Below, in pieces: positions 29,515 to 39,507 of a stretch of 64,000 nucleotides of DNA. The position numbers were made by a program, and so were the translations under genes. Positions within the stretch are counted from its first letter, which is position 1. Every line of letters starts with the position of its first letter. The notes beneath the pieces were generated by a model. It was not told where the DNA came from. It ran no database searches and was given only the letters and a program-made list of their open reading frames with translations. The stretch spans positions 242,910 to 306,909 of the forward strand of contig JAQTYZ010000001.1 of NCBI GenBank assembly GCA_028688055.1, written 5' to 3'. Origin of the DNA: Patescibacteria group bacterium. Lineage in GTDB: Bacteria; Patescibacteriota; Patescibacteriia; Buchananbacterales; UBA6539.

Positions 29515-29616
29515 TTAATAGAAGCTCGGACCAATGGTCCAAATAATCATCATGGTTGCAACCATTAATGATACAATAATCCAAATTATTTTGCGTATTC
29601 TTTTATGGGCTTTCAT
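29515..29616 (-). CDS. Putative 33-aa single-TM microprotein (DUF4044-like pattern)
   Basis: MKAHKRIRKIIWIIVSLMVATMMIIWTIGPSFY*: basic N-terminus plus a TM helix; convergent with lepA across a terminator. Confidence 0.6.
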   Translation of the reverse strand: MKAHKRIRKIIWIIVSLMVATMMIIWTIGPSFY

Positions 29617-29671
29617 ACCATTAAATAGTAACACTTTATTATTTTTCCGTAAAATTGTATAATTAACCCCT

Positions 29672-31396
29672 ATGTCAAACAGTAAAAATCGGACCTGGAT
29701 TGTAAAAAATCAGCGTAGAATATTGTCACCGGATAATTCATTAAGCCCAATTATTAGTCAACTTTTAATAAATCGAGGGTTAGATACCAAGGAAAAAGTA
29801 GAAATATTTTTACAGCCAGACTATAGCCGCGATTTGCACGATCCGTTTTTGTTTAAAAATATGGCTCAGGCGGTGGCTCGAATTTTGCAAGCTGTTGAGG
29901 CTAAGGAAAAAATATTCATTTACGGCGACTATGATGCCGATGGCGTTTGTTCAACAGCAATAATGTCCGAATATTTGCGTGAAATTGGTGCTAATTTCGA
30001 TATTTACATTCCGTTTCGGGAAAAAGAAGGGTATGGCTTAAATTTAAGTGCTGCCGAAGAAATTGTCACCAAGGGGGCTAAATTAGTTATAACTGTTGAT
30101 TGTGGCATTTCTAATTCGGCGGAAGTCGATTTTTTTAACACCAAAAATGTTGATGTCATTATTAGCGATCACCACCAGCAACCATTAATAATGCCAAAAG
30201 CCTTGGCCATTATTAACCCTAATGTTGATGATGAAAATTATCCTTTTCACGGCCTCACCGGCAGTGGTGTTGCCTATAAATTAGTAACGGCCATGGTCGC
30301 TAAACAGTATAATTACAAAATCGCTCATACTATTCAGGGTTGGGAAAAGTGGTTATTAGATCTTGTAGCAATTGGCACAGTTGCTGATTTGCAACCATTG
30401 ACTGACGAGAATAGGACCATTGTAAAATATGGCTTAATGGTTTTAAATAAGGGCAAAAGGTTAGGACTGGCAAAAATGTTTTCTTTAATGTCATCAGAAA
30501 TTAAATCGGCCGACGAAAAAACTGTTGGTTGGCAAATTGCGCCCCGACTAAACGCCGCTGGTCGATTGAATCATGCCAGCGTGGCCTATAAGCTATTAAT
30601 CACAACCGATGAGGAAGAAGCCACGCGCTTAGCAATAGAATTAAATAAGACCAATAGCGAACGCCAACAGCTTACCGATAAAATTAAAATTGAAGCGCGG
30701 GCCCAAATTGGCGAAAATCCCACCGACGAGATTTTGATTGTTGTCGGCGATAACTGGCCAACCGGAGTTGTCGGTTTAGTATCGGGCCGGATTACGGATG
30801 AATTCCACCGTCCCAGTCTGGTCATTAGCCGTTTTAACGGTGAAATTATTGGTTCCGGTCGCAGTATCCCTGAATATAATATTGTCGCCGAATTAAAAAA
30901 GTGCGACCAGTACTTAAAACGCTATGGTGGCCATCCCCAGGCCTGCGGTTTTACAATTAAAGACGAAGCGTCCTTGCAGGAAATTATCAAATTAATGAAG
31001 TCCAGCGCCCAACAACAGCTGGCCAATCAGAATTTAAAACCGGAGCTCGAAATTGATTGTGAGGTAGATCTAGAAAATGTTGATTGGCCAATGTATAATT
31101 TACTGACACAATTTGCTCCGTTCGGCGAAGCTAACCCGAAACCAAAATTCGTTGCGTATAATTTGACAGTTGTCGAAGTACGGCAAGTTGGCAAAGATAA
31201 TCAGCATCTGCGACTCTTGGTTAAACATAACAGCGAACTAATTAAAAAAACGATTGCCTTTTCCTTTGGTGATTGGCATGATAAGCTTAGTGAAGGGGAT
31301 AATATTGATATTGTCTTTGAAGTGGACAAAAATGATTGGAATGGCTCAAGCGAGCTTCAATTGAGAATAATTGATATTAAAAAAAATCATGAGTAA
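29672..31396 (+). CDS. recJ: Single-stranded-DNA exonuclease RecJ
   Basis: YGDYDADG, TVDCGI, DHH, GTVAD, PRLNAAGRL, GSGRS, YGGH, PFGEANP. Confidence 0.97.
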   Translation: MSNSKNRTWIVKNQRRILSPDNSLSPIISQLLINRGLDTKEKVEIFLQPDYSRDLHDPFLFKNMAQAVARILQAVEAKEKIFIYGDYDADGVCSTAIMSEYLREIGANFDIYIPFREKEGYGLNLSAAEEIVTKGAKLVITVDCGISNSAEVDFFNTKNVDVIISDHHQQPLIMPKALAIINPNVDDENYPFHGLTGSGVAYKLVTAMVAKQYNYKIAHTIQGWEKWLLDLVAIGTVADLQPLTDENRTIVKYGLMVLNKGKRLGLAKMFSLMSSEIKSADEKTVGWQIAPRLNAAGRLNHASVAYKLLITTDEEEATRLAIELNKTNSERQQLTDKIKIEARAQIGENPTDEILIVVGDNWPTGVVGLVSGRITDEFHRPSLVISRFNGEIIGSGRSIPEYNIVAELKKCDQYLKRYGGHPQACGFTIKDEASLQEIIKLMKSSAQQQLANQNLKPELEIDCEVDLENVDWPMYNLLTQFAPFGEANPKPKFVAYNLTVVEVRQVGKDNQHLRLLVKHNSELIKKTIAFSFGDWHDKLSEGDNIDIVFEVDKNDWNGSSELQLRIIDIKKNHE

Positions 31397-31793
31397 ATTT
31401 GCTGTTGTCCATACCGATGGCGGTGCCAGAGGCAATCCCGGCCCAGCCGGAATTGGCGTGGTTATTGATTTTAATGGCAAGATTATTGAATTAAAAAAAT
31501 ATCTTGGTGAAGCAACTAATAATCAAGCGGAATATCAAGCGGTAATTTTAGCGCTTGAAAAATTAGTTGAACTTGATGTTAAGGAAGCTGATTTTTATTT
31601 GGATAGTGAACTGGTTCAGCGTCAGCTGTCGGGAATATACAAAGTAAAAAATAAAGATTTGGCGCCACTCTTTGTTAAAGTTTGGAATTTAAAACAGAAG
31701 TTTGGCAAGCTTAAGTTTACTCATATTTATCGCGAAGATAATAAGCAGGCCGACCAGCTCGTTAATCAAGCGATTGACAAAGCATTAAAATAA
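31389..31793 (+). CDS. rnhA: Ribonuclease HI family protein
   Basis: TDGGARGNPGPAG, TNNQAEY, DSELV, REDNKQAD; ATG at 31389 overlaps the recJ end. Confidence 0.93.
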   Translation: MSKFAVVHTDGGARGNPGPAGIGVVIDFNGKIIELKKYLGEATNNQAEYQAVILALEKLVELDVKEADFYLDSELVQRQLSGIYKVKNKDLAPLFVKVWNLKQKFGKLKFTHIYREDNKQADQLVNQAIDKALK

Positions 31794-31800
31794 GCCAATT

Positions 31801-31834
31801 AAAAAATTCACCAGCATAATATGGTGAGTTTTTT
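31801..31834. terminator. Bidirectional terminator between rnhA and rnpB
   Basis: AAAAAATTCACCA-...-TGGTGAGTTTTTT. Confidence 0.65.
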
Positions 31835-31838
31835 AATA

Positions 31839-32206
31839 CCTAAGTAAACCGATAAGCCGAATTCTGTATCCCGTTGCCGGGATGATGATCATCTATCTAG
31901 GTCCAATATTGCTAATGGACTCAAGCTGCCTACCTAATTTGGCATTGCACCTGGCAGGAGTTTACCACACCGACTGTTACCAGTCAGTCATGCGTGGGCT
32001 CTTACCCCACGATTTCAACCTTACCGCTCGCAGAAGCGAGGTTGGCGGTGTATTTTCTGTTGCACTTGCCCTGAGCTTGGCAAAAAAACAGAAGTCTTAA
32101 GCACTTCTATCATTTTGTTACTCTCGGCTCCCGTTAGGAGTTGCCGTTTTGTGGTGTTCGGACTTTCCTCCCGAAATTAATCGGGCGATCATCTAGTTTA
32201 CTTAGG
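31839..32206 (-). ncRNA. rnpB: RNase P RNA
   Basis: Minus strand has GAGGAAAGTCC (CR-I), AGTGCAACAGAAA, GGTAAACTCC and ACAGAATTCGGCTTAT (CR-V); termini CCTAAGTAAAC/GTTTACTTAGG pair as P1. Confidence 0.96.
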
Positions 32207-32293
32207 ATAGATAAAACAATAGCACTAAATTTAAAAAATGTCAAGCTGGGGTTGATTTTAAGGCCGATTTTTGTTATTATTCTGATATAAAGT

Positions 32294-33697
32294 ATGAAAA
32301 AATCTGAACTCGCATTTGTCGCCGTTAAACCGCCCCTCGATTATTTGGCAATCGTCGCTGCCGCGCTGGTCTCTTACCTGATTCGATATTTATCAGCCAT
32401 CCAAAGTATCAGGCCGGTCGTTTTTGATTTGCCTTTTAAGACTTTTTTTAGTTTGACTTTGATTATGGCCATAATTTGGGTAGTTATTTTTGCTATTTCA
32501 GGATTGTACAATATCTCTGGCCCGCAAAAATTTTTTAAGGAACTAGCCAAAATTTTTGTCGCCTGCTCAGCAGGCCTCGCGGCGGTTTTGGCTGTAATGG
32601 TTTTTTCAAGATATTTATTCGATTCACGTTTTATTATTTTATCAGCTTGGTTTTTGTCAATTATATTTATCAGCCTCATCCGCTTAATTATCAATGTCAT
32701 TCAAAAAATATCATACCGAGCCGGCATTGGCGTTCATCGGGTAGCTATTATTGGTGATGGCGATACCGTCTCAGCGCTGACGGATGAATTTTCCGCGCGT
32801 CCGACTCTTGGCTACAAAATAATATCAACCTTTCCTTTTTTTGATCCAACGGTTGAAACCCAACTTCGACAAATGGTTAAAGACGATAAGCTCGATGAGA
32901 TTATTCAAATTAATCCAAACTTTGATCGAGACAAAACTATTAGTCTGATAAATTTTGTCAACGAGTTTCATCTAGACTATCGCTACACTGCCGATCTACT
33001 CGGTACTCAATTAACGAATATCACAGTCAACACGATTGTCGGTACACCGATTGTTGAAGTTAAAAAAACTCGACTTGATGGCTGGGGTCGTATTGCTAAA
33101 CGAATATTTGATATATTTGGTTCGATGATTTTAATTATTTTAACCTCGCCAGTAATGTTATTAGCGGTCGTTTTAATTAAACTTGATTCAAAGGGGCCGG
33201 TCCTGTTTAAATATAAAAGAATTGGTCAGTATGGAAAACCGTTTACCTATTTTAAGTTAAGATCAATGTTTTCTAACGCCCATCAGCTAAGATATGACTC
33301 CGATTTTCAAATGCAAAATAAGAATTTGCGTGAGGGTACCCCAATGATTAAATTTAAACGTGATCCTAGAATAACCAGGGTTGGCCGAGTTATCCGGCGC
33401 TTTAGCATTGATGAACTGCCAGAATTATTTATTTCTTTAATTGGCCAAATGAGTTTAGTTGGGCCAAGACCACACGAAATTGAGGAGGTTGAAAAATATC
33501 AGCGGCATCATAAAAAAGTTCTGACCATCAAACCCGGCATTACTGGTCTGTCACAAGTTTCCGGACGATCAGATTTAGATTTTGAAGATGAAGTTAAATT
33601 AGATACTTTTTATATTGAAAATTGGTCTTTAGCTAAAGATATTCAAATTATTTTAAAAACGCCATTGGCGATTATTAAAAGGAGAAAAACCGAATGA
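32294..33697 (+). CDS. Polyprenyl-phosphate sugar-1-phosphate transferase (WcaJ/WbaP-like)
   Basis: KRIFDI, FKLRSM, DPRITRVG, SIDELP, MSLVGPRP, KPGITGLSQV. Confidence 0.93.
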   Translation: MKKSELAFVAVKPPLDYLAIVAAALVSYLIRYLSAIQSIRPVVFDLPFKTFFSLTLIMAIIWVVIFAISGLYNISGPQKFFKELAKIFVACSAGLAAVLAVMVFSRYLFDSRFIILSAWFLSIIFISLIRLIINVIQKISYRAGIGVHRVAIIGDGDTVSALTDEFSARPTLGYKIISTFPFFDPTVETQLRQMVKDDKLDEIIQINPNFDRDKTISLINFVNEFHLDYRYTADLLGTQLTNITVNTIVGTPIVEVKKTRLDGWGRIAKRIFDIFGSMILIILTSPVMLLAVVLIKLDSKGPVLFKYKRIGQYGKPFTYFKLRSMFSNAHQLRYDSDFQMQNKNLREGTPMIKFKRDPRITRVGRVIRRFSIDELPELFISLIGQMSLVGPRPHEIEEVEKYQRHHKKVLTIKPGITGLSQVSGRSDLDFEDEVKLDTFYIENWSLAKDIQIILKTPLAIIKRRKTE

Positions 33698-34809
33698 AAG
33701 TTGGATTAGTACATGACCATTTAATTCAAGAAGGTGGCGCCGAACGAGTCTTAGAAATTTTTCAGGAGATGTGGCCACAAGCGCCGACCTATACCTTGCT
33801 TTACGATAAAAAAAAGCTTGGGGCAATTTTTGATAAGCGCGATATCAAAACTTCATGGCTTCAGAGTCTGCCGGGCGCGCTTAATCATTATCAATGGTTC
33901 TTACCGCTGATGCCAAGTGCTACTGAAAGCTATGATTTAACGCCATATGATGTTGTGTTGTCAAGTTCATCGGCGATGGCTAAGGGTATTATTACCAGAT
34001 CAAATACCCTTCATTTTTGCTATTGCCATACGCCTACCCGCTATTTGTGGTCAGACACTCATCGTTATGTTGACGAATTAAAATATAATCGAATAATTAA
34101 GCGCTTGATTCCGCCGGTTTTAACGAGATTGAGGACGTGGGATCAGATCGCTGCTCAACGCGTTGATTATTATATTGCAAATTCTAAGGATGTGGCTGAT
34201 CGAATTAAAAAATATTATCGCCGCGACAGTATTGTCATTCATCCACCGGTGACCACCAGTCAGTTTAAAATTAGCCCCGCGCCGGAAAATTATTTTCTCA
34301 CTGGCGGTCGATTAGTTACTTATAAAAAATTTGATTTAACAATTAAAGCCTTCAATCGCTTGGGTATTAAATTAAAAATTTTTGGGCAGGGCCCCGAGGA
34401 AACCAAGCTGCGGGCATTGGCAAAATCTAATATTGAATTCCTAGGTAAAGTTAGCCAGGAACAATTAGCTGATTTGTATAGCAAGGCGATCGCTTTCATC
34501 CACCCGCAAATTGAAGATTTTGGTATCACGGCCGTTGAGTCAATGGCATCCGGCCGACCCGTTATTGCCTTTTGGGGTGGCGGGGCGAGAGAAACGGTTG
34601 TCCAAAATAAGACGGGTGTCTTTTTTGATGAGCAAAGCTGGGAATCGCTGGCTGACACGGTGGTCAGATTTAAACCGGAAAACTTTAAGTCAAGCGACAT
34701 CAAGTTATATGCCGAGCAATTTGGCGTTGACCGATTTAAACGAGAAATAAAAAACACCATTGATGCGGAGTGGCAAAAGTTACTAAGCTCACAAATTAAA
34801 TGTCTGTAG
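33694..34809 (+). CDS. Glycosyltransferase family 4
   Basis: HDHLIQEGGAERV, YCHTPTRYLW, EDFGITAVESMASG. Confidence 0.92.
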   Translation: MKVGLVHDHLIQEGGAERVLEIFQEMWPQAPTYTLLYDKKKLGAIFDKRDIKTSWLQSLPGALNHYQWFLPLMPSATESYDLTPYDVVLSSSSAMAKGIITRSNTLHFCYCHTPTRYLWSDTHRYVDELKYNRIIKRLIPPVLTRLRTWDQIAAQRVDYYIANSKDVADRIKKYYRRDSIVIHPPVTTSQFKISPAPENYFLTGGRLVTYKKFDLTIKAFNRLGIKLKIFGQGPEETKLRALAKSNIEFLGKVSQEQLADLYSKAIAFIHPQIEDFGITAVESMASGRPVIAFWGGGARETVVQNKTGVFFDEQSWESLADTVVRFKPENFKSSDIKLYAEQFGVDRFKREIKNTIDAEWQKLLSSQIKCL

Positions 34810-34810
34810 T

Positions 34811-35932
34811 ATGAAAATCGGCGTTGATATTCGTAGCCTACTGGAATCACAGTATTCGGGCATTAGCGAATATACTTATAATTTATTGGCGTACTTATTG
34901 GCAATTGACAAAAAAAATCATTATTTTTTGTTTTATAACTCCCGAAAATCATCGCCGCCGCCGGTTTTCAATCAGTCAAATGTTACCTTAAAGGGTTTTA
35001 ATTTTCCTAATCGATTTTTTAATCTTGCCATTGAATTACTCAAAGTAGCCAGTATTGATAAAATGATCGGCGGGGTTGATGTTTTTTTAAGTCCTCATTT
35101 TTTATTCTCCAATTTGTCAAAAGACTGTCGCAAAATAAACATTGTTCATGATCTAACATTTGAGCTATACCCAGAATTTTTTACTTTCAAGAAAAGAGTT
35201 TGGCATCATTTAATCAATCCCTCAAAAAAGTGCCACGACGCGGACAAAATTATTGCGATTTCTCAAAGCACCAAAAATGATATTGTCAAAATATATAATA
35301 TACCACCTGAAAAAATTACCGTTATTTACAATGGTATTAATGATAAGTACTTTCAGCCTATCACTGATGAGCAGAAAAACTTGGTAATTAGTAAATACAA
35401 CCTGACTTTGCCATATATTTTGTATTTAGGTAATTTAGAGCCTCGAAAAAATGTTGAGTCACTTGTTAAAGCTTTCGGTAGGCTTGACGATCCAAATGTT
35501 CATTTGGTTATTGCCGGCAGTCAAGCGTGGAAATATAAGCCCATTTATCAGCAGTGGTCAAAATCTCAAGCTAAGGACCGAATTAAATTCCTTGGTTATG
35601 TTGATAATAATGATAAGGCTGGCCTCTATGCGGCCGCTAAAATTTTTGCTTACCCTTCCATTTATGAGGGGTTTGGCTTACCGCCGCTTGAAGCGATGGC
35701 TTGTGGTGCGCCGGTTATTGCTGGTGCAAATTCAGCGCTTATTGAATCAGTGGCTGATGCCGGAATTTTAGTTAATCCTTACAATATTAGTGAAATTACT
35801 GAGGCGATCAAGCTTATCTTAACTGATGACGTACTGTATAATCGCTTAAAGGAAAAAGGCATAAAGCAAAGTCAAAAATTCAGATGGGAAAATACCGCTA
35901 ATAAAATTTTGAATATCCTGGATTCCAATTAA
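34811..35932 (+). CDS. Glycosyltransferase family 4 (MtfB-like)
   Basis: VHDL, GNLEPRKN, PSIYEGFGLPPLEAMACG. Confidence 0.92.
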   Translation: MKIGVDIRSLLESQYSGISEYTYNLLAYLLAIDKKNHYFLFYNSRKSSPPPVFNQSNVTLKGFNFPNRFFNLAIELLKVASIDKMIGGVDVFLSPHFLFSNLSKDCRKINIVHDLTFELYPEFFTFKKRVWHHLINPSKKCHDADKIIAISQSTKNDIVKIYNIPPEKITVIYNGINDKYFQPITDEQKNLVISKYNLTLPYILYLGNLEPRKNVESLVKAFGRLDDPNVHLVIAGSQAWKYKPIYQQWSKSQAKDRIKFLGYVDNNDKAGLYAAAKIFAYPSIYEGFGLPPLEAMACGAPVIAGANSALIESVADAGILVNPYNISEITEAIKLILTDDVLYNRLKEKGIKQSQKFRWENTANKILNILDSN

Positions 35933-35934
35933 TT

Positions 35935-37050
35935 ATGAAAATTGCCATCGACGCAAGAATGTTTGGCCCCGAAGTAGCAACTGGCATTGGCCTCTATATC
36001 AAAAAGATTATTGAGGGTTTAGTTATGAGTGATAGCAAAAATAGCTATGATCTACTGGTAACTCAGGAAATGTATGATAAAATTGGCAACCTCGGACCAA
36101 AATTTAGAAAAATTGTTGTAAAGTCTAAGTGGTATTCAATTTTTGAACAGTTGGAACTGCCATTTATTTTATACAAAAATCGGTATGATTTGGTCCACTT
36201 TCCTCAATTTAACGTCCCTGTCTTATACCGAAAAAAATTCGTTGTAACAATTCATGATCTAACGCAATATTTTTACCCAGGTCCAAGTTCTAAAAAAAAT
36301 TTCTTAAGACGACTGGCCTACCGTGCCATTCTAAAAAATGCTATTTTGTCCAGTGCGAAAATTATTACCGTCTCACAGCACACTAAATCAAATATCATTA
36401 AATATTTTTTGGCTGACCCGGAAAAAATAATTGTTACTTATTTGGGAGTTGATAAAATATTTGGAATGCCAATTGATGAGCTGGAAACAAAAAAAGTATT
36501 AAGTAACTATCATATTATTGGTGACTATGTTTTATATGTTGGAGTTTTTAGGGACCACAAAAATATTGTTGGCCTAATCAAAGCGTTTAACATATTTAAA
36601 AAAGATAATACTAAGGCAAAATTGGTGCTTGTTGGCGAACTTGATCCCAGATATCCGGAAGTCGAAACCGAAATAAGTTTGAGCCAATACAGCAACGATA
36701 TTATTGTTACCGGATTTATCAATGAAAACCACTTAGCCCATATATTTGGCGGCGCAAAAATATTTATCCTACCTTCATTTTGTGAAGGTTTTGGCCTCGT
36801 CGCTATTGAGGCAGCCATCAGCGGGGTACCGGTGTTATCATCTAAAACAAATAGTATTCCCGAAATTTTAGGTGCCACCGCCGCTTATTTTGATCCAAAT
36901 AATATCAAGCAAATTGCCGAACTAATGGCTAAATATTGGAACGATGATAATTTAAGGAATAGTTTGAGTTCTCAGGCGTTGTTAATGGTTAAGAAATATG
37001 ATTGGCACACAACAGTGAGTGAAACAATCGCTGTATACGAACATAGTTGA
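35935..37050 (+). CDS. Glycosyltransferase family 4 (MtfB-like)
   Basis: IAIDAR, VTIHDL, HKNI, PSFCEGFGLVAIEA. Confidence 0.92.
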   Translation: MKIAIDARMFGPEVATGIGLYIKKIIEGLVMSDSKNSYDLLVTQEMYDKIGNLGPKFRKIVVKSKWYSIFEQLELPFILYKNRYDLVHFPQFNVPVLYRKKFVVTIHDLTQYFYPGPSSKKNFLRRLAYRAILKNAILSSAKIITVSQHTKSNIIKYFLADPEKIIVTYLGVDKIFGMPIDELETKKVLSNYHIIGDYVLYVGVFRDHKNIVGLIKAFNIFKKDNTKAKLVLVGELDPRYPEVETEISLSQYSNDIIVTGFINENHLAHIFGGAKIFILPSFCEGFGLVAIEAAISGVPVLSSKTNSIPEILGATAAYFDPNNIKQIAELMAKYWNDDNLRNSLSSQALLMVKKYDWHTTVSETIAVYEHS

Positions 37051-37085
37051 TTTGTGTTATAATAAAATCAATTTGAATTATAAAA

Positions 37086-39506
37086 ATGACAGCCAAAATA
37101 AAAACAAATAAGGGAAAAAAGCAAACCACTAGAACTAATTCTTCCACGACAAAACCGACCCAAATCAAGATAAGAGATCAGGCGGTTAAATCACCTCATC
37201 TGATTAACCTGAAGAATCCTTTTAGCGGCTCATTTGAACAACCCAAAAATTTATCAACCAAATTTGGGTCTCAGCAGCCAAAGTTTTTTGGTTCAGCAAA
37301 TCAATCTGTCCCCAGACCGCCCCGGCCGCCAAAAAATGGTAAAAAAAGCGGTGTTGATTTTATGTCAGGTGCAAGTTTCGGTCGTAATCTTAGGCCAGTC
37401 AATTCGAGGCTCCCTAATTTTTTTAAAAAAAATCAGCCCGCAGTGGTGCAAAATTTTTCAACTGGTTTAGATTTAGATGAACATAATAATGATGAAATTG
37501 AAGATATTTTTGCCCCGGCGACAACCTATAATTTTTCAAAATTTAAAATTCAAAAAAATTGGTACCGGCAATTTTCTTTTTTTATTATTTTAGCATTGCT
37601 AGCGGTTTTGCCACTCGAGGTCTTTAGCTATTTTAATAATTTGGCTGGGACCAAAAATCAGATTATGCAAAAAACTTCAATGGCGATTGATAATCTAAAG
37701 GCTGGTGAGGACGCCATAACAAAATTTGACTTAGCTGAGGCCGGGGATAAATTTGGTTTAGCCAAAAAGGATTTTACTTCGGCCAATGATCAAATTAGTC
37801 AACTAAACCAACTAACAACTGACCTAATTAATATGGTCCCTGGTCAGAGTGGTAAATTCCAATCAGGAATAATATTACTTAATGCCGGTCAAGTTATTTC
37901 AAATTTGGGAGAAACCCTAGCTAGCGACGGTAAAAATCTTTTAGCAAGCAATAACATTAAAGAATACTATCGAGCGCTTGAAAAGTTTAATGATGACCTG
38001 AAGATTTCTATCTCCCAGTTTGAGCAGGTTCAGTTCAAGATGGAACAAATTAACTTAGCCGATTTGCCTGAGTCAAACCGATCGTCATTCGGTAATATTT
38101 TGTCGTATTTGCCAAAAATTGACAATGGTCTCAAGAGTGTTTACAAGTTTAATTCGGCCTTGCTAAAAATACTCGGCCAACAGCAGTGGCAAAGATATCT
38201 TGTTATTTTCTTAAACAACAACGAAATGCGGGCGACCGGCGGTTTTATGGGAAGTTTTGCGATTGTTGATGTTGATCGTGGCCAAATTAAAAATATTAAT
38301 ATCCCTGGCGGTGGAACTTACGACATCCAGGGGCAACTCGCGCCAAAAGTAATTTCGCCCCAACCGCTACATCTCATAAATTCGCGATGGGAATTTCAAG
38401 ATGCTAATTGGTGGCCTGACTTTCCAACCAGTGCTAAAAAAATTGAATGGTTTTATCAGAATGCCGGTGGACCAAGCGTCGATGGTGTCGTAACAATAAC
38501 CTCAACAGTTATGGAAAAATTACTCAAAATTTTTGGCCCGATTGCTATGCCTGATTATCAGCGAGTCATAACCGCTGAAAACTTTGTTACTGAAACTCAG
38601 AAAATAGTTGAGCTGGAGTATGATAAAACAATCAACAAACCAAAACAATTTTTAGCGGATCTTCAACCAAAGTTGCTTGAAAAAATATTTAATGCCGATT
38701 CGTCGCAATTAGTTGAACTCACGGAAATCCTAAAACAATCACTCAATGAAAGGCAAATACAGCTATATTTTAATGATTCCGATCTTGAGGCCCTGATTGG
38801 TGATGTCGGCTGGGCTGGGCGGCAAGCGAAAACCAAGGGTGATTTTTTATCGGTCATTAATACGAATTTAGCGGGCGGAAAGACTGACGGGATTATTGAT
38901 CAAACTATTACGCATCGAGTCAGTATCGGTTTGGATGGTAGTCTTATTGATACTGTTAAATTAACTAAGCATCACAATGGAATTAAGGGTAAAAATATTT
39001 TTACGGGCGTTCAAAATAATAGTTACATCAGATTCTATGTACCGCAGGGGAGTAATCTGATGAGCGCGACTGGTTTTGAGGCCCCGCCGGCCAAGTTGTT
39101 TGAAAAGTCGACTTTAGCTTTGGGCCCAGATTTAGATTTATTAAGTTATGAAGGTAACCATACCGTCGATACTCTAAGCGGTACGGACATCTATAATGAA
39201 AATGGCTTTACGGTTTTCGGCAATTGGCTAATGATCAAGCCGGGCGAAACAAAAACCGTTGAAATAACGTATAAATTACCCGACATCATCCAGTCTTCAG
39301 GTTTAGGCAGTTATTTTTATACCCTCTTAATTCAAAAACAGTCAGGCAGTAATAACGTTAAATTTGTCGCGCATTTGGATGCCGGGATAAATTATGATAT
39401 CTTATCAAAGTATCCGCCCCAAGCTATAACTAATACTAGTAGCCTTGATTATTCTGGTATATTGCAAACCGATTTGATCTACGGTGCAATATTAAATAAA
39501 AAATAG
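37086..39506 (+). CDS. DUF4012 domain membrane protein
   Basis: YLVIFLNNNEMRATGGFMGS, FQDANWWPDFPTSA, VDGVV, NLAGGKTD, YIRFYVP, IQKQSG. Confidence 0.88.
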   Translation: MTAKIKTNKGKKQTTRTNSSTTKPTQIKIRDQAVKSPHLINLKNPFSGSFEQPKNLSTKFGSQQPKFFGSANQSVPRPPRPPKNGKKSGVDFMSGASFGRNLRPVNSRLPNFFKKNQPAVVQNFSTGLDLDEHNNDEIEDIFAPATTYNFSKFKIQKNWYRQFSFFIILALLAVLPLEVFSYFNNLAGTKNQIMQKTSMAIDNLKAGEDAITKFDLAEAGDKFGLAKKDFTSANDQISQLNQLTTDLINMVPGQSGKFQSGIILLNAGQVISNLGETLASDGKNLLASNNIKEYYRALEKFNDDLKISISQFEQVQFKMEQINLADLPESNRSSFGNILSYLPKIDNGLKSVYKFNSALLKILGQQQWQRYLVIFLNNNEMRATGGFMGSFAIVDVDRGQIKNINIPGGGTYDIQGQLAPKVISPQPLHLINSRWEFQDANWWPDFPTSAKKIEWFYQNAGGPSVDGVVTITSTVMEKLLKIFGPIAMPDYQRVITAENFVTETQKIVELEYDKTINKPKQFLADLQPKLLEKIFNADSSQLVELTEILKQSLNERQIQLYFNDSDLEALIGDVGWAGRQAKTKGDFLSVINTNLAGGKTDGIIDQTITHRVSIGLDGSLIDTVKLTKHHNGIKGKNIFTGVQNNSYIRFYVPQGSNLMSATGFEAPPAKLFEKSTLALGPDLDLLSYEGNHTVDTLSGTDIYNENGFTVFGNWLMIKPGETKTVEITYKLPDIIQSSGLGSYFYTLLIQKQSGSNNVKFVAHLDAGINYDILSKYPPQAITNTSSLDYSGILQTDLIYGAILNKK

Positions 39507-39507
39507 T

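Noticed and set aside
31882-32100. 72-aa ORF on the + strand
   Set aside because: It is antisense to rnpB.
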